Assembly: GCA_964276515.1 (NCBI GenBank)
Contig: OZ193909.1
Coordinates: 8,060,001-8,124,000, forward strand
Source of the DNA: Gordius albopunctatus
Taxonomy: Eukaryota
Length of the DNA: 64,000 nucleotides
Direction: 5' to 3'
The position numbers were made by a program, and so were the translations under genes. Each line of letters opens with the position of its first letter. The stretch's first letter is position 1. The notes under the pieces are model-generated. The model searched no databases. It saw only the letters and a list, made by a program, of their open reading frames with translations, and was not told the origin of the DNA. This document shows, one piece after another, positions 36,781-48,978 of the stretch.

Positions 36781-38953
36781 CATGGTTTTAACAAGAATAG
36801 CAATGTTGATATTATAAGTTTGTAATAAGAAGGAGAAGTGTAGCTAAAACTAATTAATTATAAAATAAAATTTTTTAATGAATTACCTTAAAGCTTAAAA
36901 CAACGTCAATGAGATCTTGGAACAAATATTAAGCCATCTAAGAATTTGAAAAGCGAGGGAAAAAATAAACAATGAAGTTAAAAAGAAACACTACCTACTA
37001 TCCATTCAATTAATTTACTTAATTAACGAAAAATATAATATTAAATTTTCCCTCAAAATAATACTGTTTAAATACCAAATTTTTGTTAGAAAAAATAAAT
37101 TTTTTATCATCAAGATAATAAATGCATTTTTTTGTATCAATACTATAATGATAGTATAGAGTTTAATATATTTAAATTTTTTCACTTATCAAAGCCCAAG
37201 CCCGGCCCGCACTTTTTTTAGTGCTCATTTTCAGGTCCGGCCCAGCCCGTGGGCCGGGCTTGGGCCTGCGGGCCGGCCCGGCCCCTGCAGACCTCTAATA
37301 GGGGGGTATTAAATGCAAAATAATTGGACTGACGGGCATAGGGTAAATATCAATGGTAACCAATTTAAAAACAAAACAAATATTAAAATTTTGATGCAAA
37401 CTTTGGCCAATGGTCATTTTTTTCCATTGGTCAGTAGCCAGCGGACGGCCAAAAAGTCATATTATCAATGGTAGTACCAGGAACAATCATAAGAGTAAAA
37501 AAACGAAAAAAAAATTTTGATGCACACTTTGGTCAATGGTCATATTATCAATGGTAGTAACAATAACAATATATTAATTTAATTTAAAAAATATAAAAAA
37601 AATTTAAATTTTTTGGCCTCTCCGGGATTCGAACCCCAGATCTGGAGAGGCATAAGCCTTTGTAAGGGGGGGGGCATAGGGACCCATATCAGTAGAGGCA
37701 TAGGCCCTTCTAGGAGAGGGCATAGGGTAATTATCAATGCTAGTCAAAAAAAATGAAAAAAAAATTTCGCTTCACACTTTGGTCAATGGTCATTTTTTTC
37801 CATTGGTCAGCAGCCAGCGGAAGGCCAAAAAGTCATATTATCAATGGTAGTAACAATAACAATATATTAATTTAATTTAAAAAATAAAAAAACAATTAAA
37901 ATTTTTTGGCCTCTCCGGGATTCGAACCCCAGATCTGGAGAGGCATAATAAGCGTTAAGCGTGTGTGTATGCGGACGCGGACGTTTGGCAGCGTGACAGT
38001 TTATGCGGACGCGCACGTTCGGCAGCGTGACATGTTCGGTGGGGACTCGGAAAATGGAAAGTGAGCCCATAAATTGCATAGCAATTAATTTATGTTTTGC
38101 TCCCTTCTAATTGAACTTTTATACGTTTCGCCCCCCCCCTCCCCTAATCAAGACCTGGCTACGCCCATGTCAATGCGCATTTTAAATTGATAACTATTAA
38201 GTAGAGACTATACATAGACGTGGTTCACTCCAATCAAACCCTTAGAGAACTATAAACTTTAGAGTTGGCAAATTTATTATTTTGATAAGTATAATTTTTT
38301 GCACGATTATTATGAACATTTGTAACATAGATATTGTTTATTTAAAAAAATTACAATTGAATATTAAAAGATGCAAAATAAAATTTTTAATGTAAAATGT
38401 AAGTTCGCCCCCCCCCCCCCCATCCTCTAAGGGAAAATGCTAGCTACGCCACCAACTGGTTCATCTATATTGTAACAACAAAAGTTGAGGTATTAAATTT
38501 TGGAAAAATACTTTTTAAATTTATTATTTTATTAATATCTTCCTCTAGTGTAACAACAAAAGTTGAGGTATCAAACTTTGGAAAAATACTTGATTGATTT
38601 TATGTATCTTTATGTTAGAAAAAGATTGTATAAACAAGCGTAGATCTAAAAAATTTTCGTAAAAAAAAAGAAGAGGAAAAATTTACTTTTAAATTGTCAA
38701 GTTAATTATCGTTTGTTTTAAAATTACAAACACGAGGATCTATTAAATTTTCTACATACAATTCGGAAAGTTTAATTTGGTACCGTGAGGGAAGGAAGGA
38801 TGTTCTGATCTTATCCATAAGACCCCTTTGCTTTAGCTGCTGGTTGCTTAGATAAATAAGGATATAAAATGCTTAAAATTTTTCAGCTAAATTTTTAAGG
38901 GCCGTTTATAGCAGGCTCGTAGCCAAGACATTCTCAAGAGGGGGGGGGGGTGG

Positions 38954-39572
38954 TAGAGCCCTGCACACGCCGCCCGAAGCCTGACCCGAGAATTTTATAA
39001 AATAATCGGGCCTCGGGTCGCCCTGTTCGAATTAACTAAAGCAAACTAATCTTTTATAAAATATGATTTAAATAAACTCAACTCTATATTAAATAATAGT
39101 CTTCGCACAGCGTACATAATATTGCTTACAAACTTTAGCTTTTTCCCCTTGCTATCATAATATAACTGACCTGAATTACAAATCTTATTCTAGTAATTAA
39201 ATATATTCATAGTAGCTGTTATAACTTTAGAAATGAGATAAGTAAATATTTCAAAACGTTTTTTATATGGAACTATTAAATAAAATATATTTTTTTAAAG
39301 TTATATTTGAAGTTTTAAATTATTAGCTAAATAAATTGTAACGAATGAAAATGGATTTTTTTAATTGAAACTTATCCTAGTTGTAAATTATGAGTAATAA
39401 CAATCTAATGTATTTTATATTTAGATGGTGATATAAATTTCAACAATAAAATTTTTCGAAAGTTTTATTTGCAAAAATCGGGTGGGGCCAAAAAGAAAAA
39501 AGTCTTTCGGGCTGGGCTCGGGCAAAATTAAAATGGAGAAGTCGGGCTCGGGCTTCATTTTGCAGGGCTTCA
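38954..39572. mobile_element. hAT-like non-autonomous element nested in a G-run MITE
   Basis: Imperfect TIRs agagccctgca / tgcagggct; GCCCG and CGGGC subterminal repeats. Confidence 0.55.
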
Positions 39573-40495
39573 AGGGGGAAGGGGGTACCGCCAAAAAATT
39601 TTATAACAATTTTATTTATAATATAAATATAGTAAAGATCAGAGGCGGCTTACGGAGCGGGCCCCTAGGTCCAGGGGGGCAATACCAAAATTAGAGGAAA
39701 TCAAGCTTAATGAGATTTTAACATAATATATTATTTTGTTTTCGTATATTAATTTGTCACTTTCTATTTGATTGTATAATGATGTATTTAAAACATAGGG
39801 AAACAAATTTCTCTGCTATATCATGATAATCGCGAATCTTTTTTTACAAGACATAAAATCGTCATTACTATTTGTAACTGTTATTCAATAGCATTCCCGG
39901 AATGTTTTCCAGATATTTATAATACTTAACTTTTATTATTTCTTTCATTCTTCTTATAATGCTTCATGTTGCACGTTTTAAGTCAAAGCTTAGGATTTAA
40001 ATCTGTTTGAAATGTAAAACTTACAGGAAAAGATATTTGATACAAGTTTAAACCCAGAAATTTGTAATCGCAAAATTTTAATCGATTTGATCTACGCAAT
40101 TTTATATAATATGGGGTTGATTTATGTAATCAAAATTTATTTGATCAAAATTGTGGGTGTTTAAACAAACTCTTAATTCTTAACCGTTTAATATATATTT
40201 TTGATTTTATTTATCTGAATAATTATTATTTGTTTTAAACCTCTTACATTCCCGAAAATAAATCCATGAAAAACATTGTTTACGAGGGTAAAAATCTTCT
40301 CAAATAATAGCAACAATTGAATAGTCAACTATGTAAATTGTAGAAAATATAATTTTAGCTTCGGATTTAGGTCTTTTTTTCTTATTTTTGATAATTTATA
40401 TAGGTTCAGAAGCATTTATTTCCAAAGAAGCATTTTCTTATATAAGCACTTGTTTTTTAGAAGGTATTGAGAATTTAATTTAAAACTATACTTAC

Positions 40496-40800
40496 GTGCT
40501 ATCCATAATAATAATAATGAATACGATTGGACGATGTTAATGAATTGACCTCCAAGAGATTTGCACCCATCATTTTTAATATTAGGTAGAATGTTTAGGA
40601 TTAAATATTTATTCTACACCAACGGTATCAGAAAGAAGCGAGAAAATATTCATTTACATTTTGTTGAGGCGATTGCGTCCGTTTAAAGTCGCGATCAAGG
40701 CATATTCAAATTCACCAATCCTTTGCGATGCAAATTGTGCGCGCTTATGGGCGAAAACGAACGTCGATGAAAGGCAACAATACCTTATATAACTAACCGT
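40496..40800 (-). promoter_or_regulatory. Candidate TATA promoter plus non-coding first exon
   Basis: Minus strand: tatataagg (~40783-40791), a CpG-richer ~270-nt segment, then consensus donor GTAAGT at 40495. Confidence 0.35.
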
Positions 40801-41894
40801 CCTTCCTGCTCCTCTCTCTTACCCTACGACATAATATAGGTTTTGTAGGATAATACTTAATAATAAAGGGGAAGGTCTATTGACGTCGGAACTAAAAAAT
40901 CAATATTTTGCATTTACTACACCTCTCCTTTTCATTAACCGCAAACTTAACATTAATTTACTTAGTCGGTCGGGGATTCACATTGATTTCAAAGCTTAAA
41001 TTGATTAATGGAAACACATTAATTCCCTTTAATCATTTTATGCCTAAACATTTTTACTTTAGTTATAATTGAGCCTACAAATTTTAGAGTAATAATAAAA
41101 GATTTGGGTCTTATTGTGTAGGATGCACAGAAGACAGTTTAACGTTGTCGGTAGATAGTTGGTTATAACAGATAAAATAAGCCAACAAAAAACGACAAAT
41201 TGTGACAATCGCGAATCTTTATTTATCAGACCGATAATCACCTGAATGTTTTCCAAATATTTAATTGAAGAGATTTAATTTTTCCTTATATATTTCATTT
41301 ATCTCACAGAATTTTTTTTAGATCTAATAGGTTACAATGATGATAATTTAATAGACTACCCATTAACTCAAATAATATGTTAAAAAGTTAACAAAGTAAT
41401 ATTATTAAAAGTAAATCTTAATTTGTGCTGAAACCCTAAAAAAGCATTATCTCCGAGAGCTTGTTGATCTGAAATAATCTACAGCCGTGTTTTGTTAAGA
41501 AATTAGGTCTATAAATTTGTTACAATTTATGTAGAAAAATTTAGTTTTCAACCTTTTCAAATTGGTTTCCATAAAGTAGATAAATGGAAATTAAATATAA
41601 ATTGCATAGCAATTAATAATACAACATTTTAATCATGAAATAGTTTCACCGAATGATTACCAGTTTAAATATAAGGTTATCAAATAAATTGGGTCTCATT
41701 CAAAATTTATATATACTTAAGCTAAAGCGTAGGAGATCATTAAGCCTTTCCATACATAAAATAGGTATTTTTTATCGTGAACATCAAATTGTTTATTACT
41801 ACACATAATAGTAAATATCAAATCGCTTTCATAAAATATGCAAAATAATCCAGCTTTTTGCGCACATTTTTTACGCAGATCAATGTTAAAACAA

Positions 41895-44800
41895 TCACTC
41901 TTTTAGATCCAGAGTATTGCTTTCAACTGTTAATTGACTAGTATAGGTGCAGTAAATGGGAATCAAAAAATCTTCCTTAGTTTGGAGAAGATTGTGCTTC
42001 TGTATGTAGATATAATTTGCGAATCTGTGTTTCTCACCGGATATTTTCTATCAATAAATTTATTATTGTTAACGAATGCTATTAATTTTAAGTATTTATG
42101 GAAATGCAAACATTTTTATTTTTAAATTACCTCGTATGTTGATTGGCATTGGTTCCATCCATTATCGAAATAAAGTTGAGTATTATCCAGGTTGGATGGA
42201 CTTATTGGAATTGAAAATTCGAAATCAATTTTATTTTTAATTTTTTTATGACAGTATTGGAATGCTTTGTAAGGGTATATTAATCCATTAAAGTTCTGAT
42301 TGGATTTAAATTTTACCCTCATCTCATTCATTTTGCATTCGAGTCTAGCTAAATTTAATGATATTTAATAAACATAAATTTATATTATTCAATAAATAAG
42401 TTAATTAAACAAAACAACTGACTCGCTTATATCCTAAGAGCAAGAAATTTGTTTCCTATATCATTATTATACTTTAGATATTGAGAGCGCATCCACTCTT
42501 ATTATTTAAAATTTCCAAATTTTAAATAAACGAGGACAATCAGATAATGCTACTGTTTTATCTATTGCAAATATAACAGAGATATTTATAAATTTATAAT
42601 AAAAAACAGAGATAAACATATGGAATTCAATTTATTTCTGTAAGTTTACAAAGTTTTTAAAACCAAAAAGGGTAATATTTAAAATTTATTTATCCAAAAT
42701 CCTTGATATTTTCCGGTATACTTAATGTTTATAATAAATTAATTATTTTATATTTCTAACATAGATCGATGGTCAATAAATAATTTAAAGACCGTGATTT
42801 GGAAAATAATAGAATTTTATTATAATTCGGTACTAATTCTAAGCCAGATTAGCATTCGACTTACTTCACCATAAAGTTTAAAATTTTTAAATTTACAGAT
42901 ATTAATAAATACTCAGGGCTATAAATATTTCCCTAGCCAAGCCTTAATATCTCACAATATGACCTGTCAAAAAAAGTTGAAAAAATTATTATTTAAGGCC
43001 GTGGACATATCCAATTATTGAAATAGAGGGGTAATATTATTAAAATGGAGCAAAATTGTGATTTTCAGAAATTTAACTATAATTACATAAAAAGTTAAGG
43101 ATTTTTGGATTTAGAGTCGGGCCAGCCACCCCTTTTGCCTCCCTGGTTAAGCCCAGGTTTGAAGTGCTACAACGCCAAATAATAAGATTAAAACCAATCA
43201 AAATTTTATGTTGCCACAATTTACTCATTTGTTTTATGGTTCTATATTTCATGATCATTTTGGAATTTATTAGCTAATGGACGTTTATGGCTCGAGTATT
43301 AATGGCCTCAAGGTCGAAAAAATTGAGCAAGAGTGTATAATGTGTAGATGAGTAGATGTTTTGATTTTTGCTTTAACAAATTATAGTATAAAAATACAAA
43401 TTTTGTACATCAATCTACTTAAGATACGAAAGTTTTACATCTATTAAAGTAACAATAAGTTAACTTATATCTCACAATATTATCCAAAAACTTGAAACGT
43501 AATAAATAAATAAATATAAACCGGTCAGGCATTGTCGCTTTTCATAATGATCCCAGGAACTGTCATTAATTGTCATATTAATACGGTTCTGGTAATTATT
43601 CGGCGTTTCCAAAGCTAATGAATCTATGTGGCTTAAGAGGCATTCTTTTAACTTTTTGTTGAAATCAAACGAACGACACGGTATTTTGTTGGCTTTGGTA
43701 CAAGAGTTCATACATGATTTAACATTGGGTGCGGGAAATGGTTTAATTTGGTCCAAAAAAATGATTCTCTTATTTTCGTGCCTGATATATTTGCAATATT
43801 TATTTGCATCTAAATTGAACAAAAAATTTATATACAGTAAAAGAATTTATGTTCCTTAATTTTTCTTTCGTCCATTTAAAACGAATAATAATAGTATAAT
43901 CATAGACTCAAAAAATGTTTATTAGAATATATTATTGATTTAACAATAATAGTATTATCACCTTGTAAGCACATGTTTTCAAAGTAATCCTTTTTATACG
44001 AGGGTATTAATTTGGAAAGATGAGAGTTTTTTGATGTGCGACTCAGTGCACAGCTTGAATCCATGTAATTATATTCCAAAGAGCGACAAGGAAAATTGGT
44101 TTCTAAAAAACAAGCCTCCATGCAACTTTCTCTTGTTAAATTGTATAATAATTTATCGTCGTGCCCTTTAAGTTCTACATGAAGCACCATTTCAAAAGCC
44201 CATGGGCTGTCACAAAATCCACCCCCTATAATTGGAAAAAAGAAACGAAACATAGATATTTTTGGCCTAACATATTGTTTAGAAACGCCTTAACATATAT
44301 TTCGCTAAAGCATTTAATAAATATAATAAAGTAAGACCATATAAACTAATGCGATGCTTATAACAAATTATTTTGTTTTATTAAACAAAAATTCAAGCTT
44401 TTGTTTGATTTTAAATTATTAGGAGATAACCGTACTATAGTTTGATACAAATTTTTTTCTCTCTTAAGCCCATTGACTTAATTGCATTTAAATCAATAAG
44501 AAACGTATAATCCAGTTACTTATTCAAAACGACAGTTCATAATAACTCTAATTCTGCCTTATATTCTCCTTCTATAAATTTTAAATTTGCAGGCCTTTTA
44601 ACCAAATCTTAAATAAATAGTAAGATCTTATAACAAACTTTTCCTCCCTATATAGTTTTGCTTAATTGAGATATTAGGACTAAAACCTAAAGTGTCATTG
44701 AATTAAATTGCAGTTCTCTTCAATTTAATTATTTAACAATTAATTTATAATAATTAAAATTTAGTTAGTATTAGTAAGACTGATATATAATGGCGTTATC

Positions 44801-45222
44801 TATTATATAAAAAAATTAAAAAATGTATCAACTTTAATTTATACCTTTTAAGCATACTTTTTCCATGTAATAACTACTAGGCTCCTTGGCTATCTGGAAA
44901 TTTGTCAAAGAAACTTGATTGCTGAGAGACTGAATATTGTCGCTACTCTGCAATTGAAGTGTGATAAGTTCGCACGTAGTGCTTTCAAGGTTAAAATTGA
45001 CGGCCAAACATTTTTTATTCGCCCTACAAATTTTGGCGCACTGATCGAGCGTTAAATGTTTAATTATATTTTTCTGATTAAACGCTGACGATGAGGATGA
45101 GTTCGAAGTTCCATGATTATCAATCAGATCACTATTTGTTGGACTTGGATTGTAAGCGCTCGTGAATGGGTCATTTAGCTCTAAACGGCGGTTGTTTATC
45201 TTGACAAAAGTGTCCTGGCAAA
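41895..45222 (-). CDS. PAN/apple x3 + ZP-N domain protein (nompA/NOAH/LET-653-like family); 5' exon not identified
   Basis: In-phase GT-AG exons 45222-44845 (PAN1), 44225-43962 (PAN2), 43809-43522 (PAN3), 42348-42131 and 42047-41899 (ZP-N: LECKMNEMRV...FNGLIYP...C...NYIYIQKH....T..D...IYCTY). PAN pattern C...C......C.S.....C.L...YYEK.CL. Confidence 0.88.
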
Positions 45223-45389
45223 CTAATATTAACGTATTAATTGCGCAAAGCTCATAATTCTGTAAAAATTGATAGTATATTAAAACATAAAATTACCACC
45301 TTTAGATTGACTAACGAGTCATACATTTTGATATCTAAAATGGATATTTAATACCAAACAGGCACCGCCTAACATACATTTAATTTGTA

Positions 45390-47787
45390 AATTGCTATGC
45401 AATTTATGGGCTCGTTTTTGGTTGTCCGTCCGTCCGTCCGTCCGTCCGTCTACCAAGTTATTTACACCAGCTTCCCGACCTGGAGGTTGCGGGTTCGAGA
45501 CCCGGAGAGGACAAAATTTTTTTTTTTTTTTAAATTAAATTAATATTTTTTTCTTGTTAATACCATTGATAATATGACTTTTTGACCGTCCGCAGGCTAC
45601 TGACCAATGAAAAAATGACCACTGGCCAGATAAATCGAAATTTTTAATTTTTCGTTTTTGAATAGTTTAACATTGATAATTACCCTATGCCGTCCCCTAC
45701 AAGGGCCTATGGCTCTATTTATATGGTTCCCTGTTCCCCTCCAAAGGCTTATGCCTCTATTTAATGTGGGTTTGAATCCCGGCGAACGTTCTAAATTGAT
45801 GGTTCGAGACCCGGAGAGGATAAAAATTTTTATTTTTTTTTAAATTAAATTAATATATTGTTCTTGTTAATACCATTGATAATATGAATTTTTGACCGTC
45901 CGCAGGCTACTGACCAATGAAAAAATGACCACTTGCCAGATAAATCGAAATTTTTAATTTTTCGTTTTTGAATAGTTTAACATTGATAATTACCCTATGC
46001 CCTCCCCTACAAGGGCCTATGGCTCTATTTATATGGTTCCCTGTTCCCCTCCAAAGGCTTATGCCTCTATTTAATGTGGGTTCGAATCCCGGAGAGGGCA
46101 AAATTTTTATTTTTTAATTAATTTAATATTTTGTTCTTGTTAATACCATTGATAATATGACTTTTTGACCGTCCGCTGGCTACTGACCAATGAAAAAATG
46201 AACATTGGCCAAATAAATCCTAATTTTTCGTTTTTCCTTTTTGAATAAGTTAACATTGATAATTGAAAAAAATTACCATTGGCCAAATAAATCAAAATTT
46301 TTTGTTCGTTTTTGAATAATTTAACATTGATAATTACCCTATACTTTTTAATAATTGCTATGCAATTTATCTAGTTTTTGGGTTAGAATCCCGGAGTTTT
46401 TTTTGACTCTTATGATTGTTCTTGTTACTATCAATGATAATAAGACTTTTTGGCCGTCCGCTGGCTGCTGACCAATGAAAAAATGACCATTGGCCAAAAT
46501 GTGTATCCGAGTTTATTTTTTCGTTTTTTTTGAATATTATGATTGTTCCTGTTCCTACCATTGCTATTATGACTTTTTGGCCGTCCGCTGGCTGCTGACC
46601 AATGGAATAAAATGACCATTGGCCAAAATGTGATTCGAAAATTTTTTTTCCGTTTTTTTTGACTGTTATGAATTTATATCGACTTTTACCGTGTCCTGGC
46701 TGCTGACCAATGGAAAAAAATGACCATTGGCCAAAATGTGAATCGAAATTATTTTTTCCGTTTTTTTTGACTATTATGATTGTTCCTGTTCCTACCATTG
46801 CTATTATGACTTTTTGGCCGTCCGCTGGCTGCTGACCAATGGAATAAAATGACCATTGGCCAAAATGTGATTCGAAAACTTTTTTTTCGTTTTTTTTTAC
46901 TCTTATGAATTTATATCCACTTTTACCGTGTCCTGGCTGCTGACCAATGGAAAAAAATGACCATTGGCCAAAATGTGTATCCGAGTTTATTTTTTCGTTT
47001 TTTTTGAATATTATGATTGTTCCTGTTCCTACCATTGCTATTATGACTTTTTGGCCGTCCGCTGGCTGCTGACCAATGGAATAAAATGACCATTGGCCAA
47101 AATGTGATTCGAAAATTTTTTTTTCGTTTTTTTTTGACTGTTATGAATTTATATCCACTTTTACCGTGTCCTGGCTGCTGACCAATGGAAAAAAATGACC
47201 ATTGGCCAAAATGTGAATCGAAATTATTTTTTCCGTTTTTTTTGACTATTATGATTGTTCCTGTTCCTACCATTGCTATTATGACTTTTTGGCCGTCCGC
47301 TGGCTGCTGACCAATGGAATAAAATAACCATTGGCCAAAATGTGATTCGAAAACTTTTTTTTCGTTTTTTTTGACTATTATGAATTTACATCCACTTTTA
47401 CCGTGTCCTGGCTGCTGACCAATGGAAAAAATGACCTTTGGCCAAAATGTGATTCGAAAATTTTTTTTTCGTTTTTTTTGACTATTATGATTGTTCCTGT
47501 TCCTACCATTGCTATTATGACTTTTTGGTAATACAAATCCCGTAGAATTTAACTAACCATAAAGCTTCCCCTTCGCTCCCTCTCTCCCCCTTTATGATAT
47601 TTGGCATATACACTTATTTAGTGCTTCCAACTTTCGTTTTGCAATATTCACGTAAGTATTTCCATAAATTGCATAGCAAATATGATACATTTATACGGAG
47701 TGTAGATGAGTTCCCCCTTCCTTCCCCTCCTCCCCTTCCCCCTTCCCTCCCCTTCCCCCTTCCCAGGAGGGCCGAAGGCCCGAGTTT
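45390..47787 (+). mobile_element. HINE copy 2 (9 array units)
   Basis: subTIRs at 45392 and ~47663, (GTCC)n, 3' hairpin gggcc-gaa-ggccc then gagttt. Confidence 0.82.
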
Positions 47788-48978
47788 CTAGTTAGCTTTT
47801 TATTTTTTATATAACTATCAATTAGCGTAATTTAATCCATGTGATCGGTGGGCTAATGTGGGGCAATTAAAGAGCTTTTTAAAGAATTTATTTAAAGGTG
47901 GTAGTTAAAAATTTGGGTCGTGAATATCAAAAAATTCATTAAGCAAAATAAAAATTCCTACTATTGAAATTTCGGCATATATGTATTTTATCCTAAACCT
48001 CCCATTCCTTAAAAATTCAGCTTCAATGTTTTATTGGAGGCTTTTAGGCAACATGGTAATTGACTGTTAAAACTTTTAAGGCCCTATAGATATAGATAAT
48101 TTTTTAATAATATTAATTAATCCCGAACGAAACGTGTTTTACAAAAATTTTAACATGATATAAATTATTATTGATCCGTTAAAATATGATAGATATATAA
48201 TTAAATCTCTATTCAAGATGAAGATCGCTCCCTAGCTGCAAAAAATGTATGCCCGCTCATAATTTTGTTGTAGTTGTGGTGGTTAAGTAGTTAAATCACT
48301 TAACGTTTACGCGCTTACGCAAATGAGCTAGGAAGGATAGTGTGTTGTATCTTGCCAACTAAAATTAGTTATGTGAATAATGGACACTAATTATAAGCAG
48401 ATGAATATGTAAAAAGCATGCCTCATATTAGTGGAGATGTGCAGTACATCGAACTGTCGGCATCCCTCATGCAAATGAGAAGTCCATCGACAGGGTTTAA
48501 AAAGCGGGGAGTTTACCATGATAGGGGGGGGGATATTTTATTTTTTTTTATCTTTAGAGCACGTTGGTTCAGCGGCAGCAGCTACTAAGAACCAAACGGT
48601 CCCCCTAGTCCAATACCTTCAGTTTACCCGTAGACGTCACTCGTTCTAGCCTATTGGTTACGCGGATATTTCCTCCCGGCCATCGTCCAATATACATTTA
48701 TATTCTGAAGACCATTATCCGATCGATATTTTATTTATTTGATTTATAATCTAAATCCGGCCAATATTGTATATATTATTTGTTTACTAATAAAAGGAGT
48801 CAAATCGAGTATTGCGGATAAAATACTGGTAGCACGAGTAAAACGGTCGAAGGGCAAACGAATTTGGTAGGACGAGTAAACGTCAACAACTTGCACAACA
48901 ATCCGAAGAACCGTCATACCCAGAAAGAAGTATAATTTACTTTTGATGGAAAAATCTTTGTTAATCTTAATTATTTTT

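Larger units (their letters stand above)
33589..37297 (-). mobile_element. hAT element (deleted transposase) carrying the CRE/RTE chimeric insertion
   Basis: 12-bp perfect TIRs tagaggtctgca / tgcagacctcta; perfect 8-bp TSD ataggggg; homologous to 1358-2290. Confidence 0.93.
33430..38086 (-). mobile_element. HINE copy split by a nested hAT element
   Basis: 3' hairpin gggcc-ttc-ggccc at ~33436; subTIRs at ~33531 and ~38068; array units at 37310-37950. Confidence 0.8.

Noticed and set aside
45260..45345. Small upstream exon (MYDSLVNLKV) as the start of the PAN-ZP gene
   Set aside because: It needs a 37-nt intron and gives no convincing signal peptide; the 5' end is left undetermined.
46367..47273. 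Long repetitive ORFs (222 and 225 aa, HFGQWSFFSIGQQP repeats)
   Set aside because: They are by-products of the tandem array; the frame changes between copies with homopolymer length.
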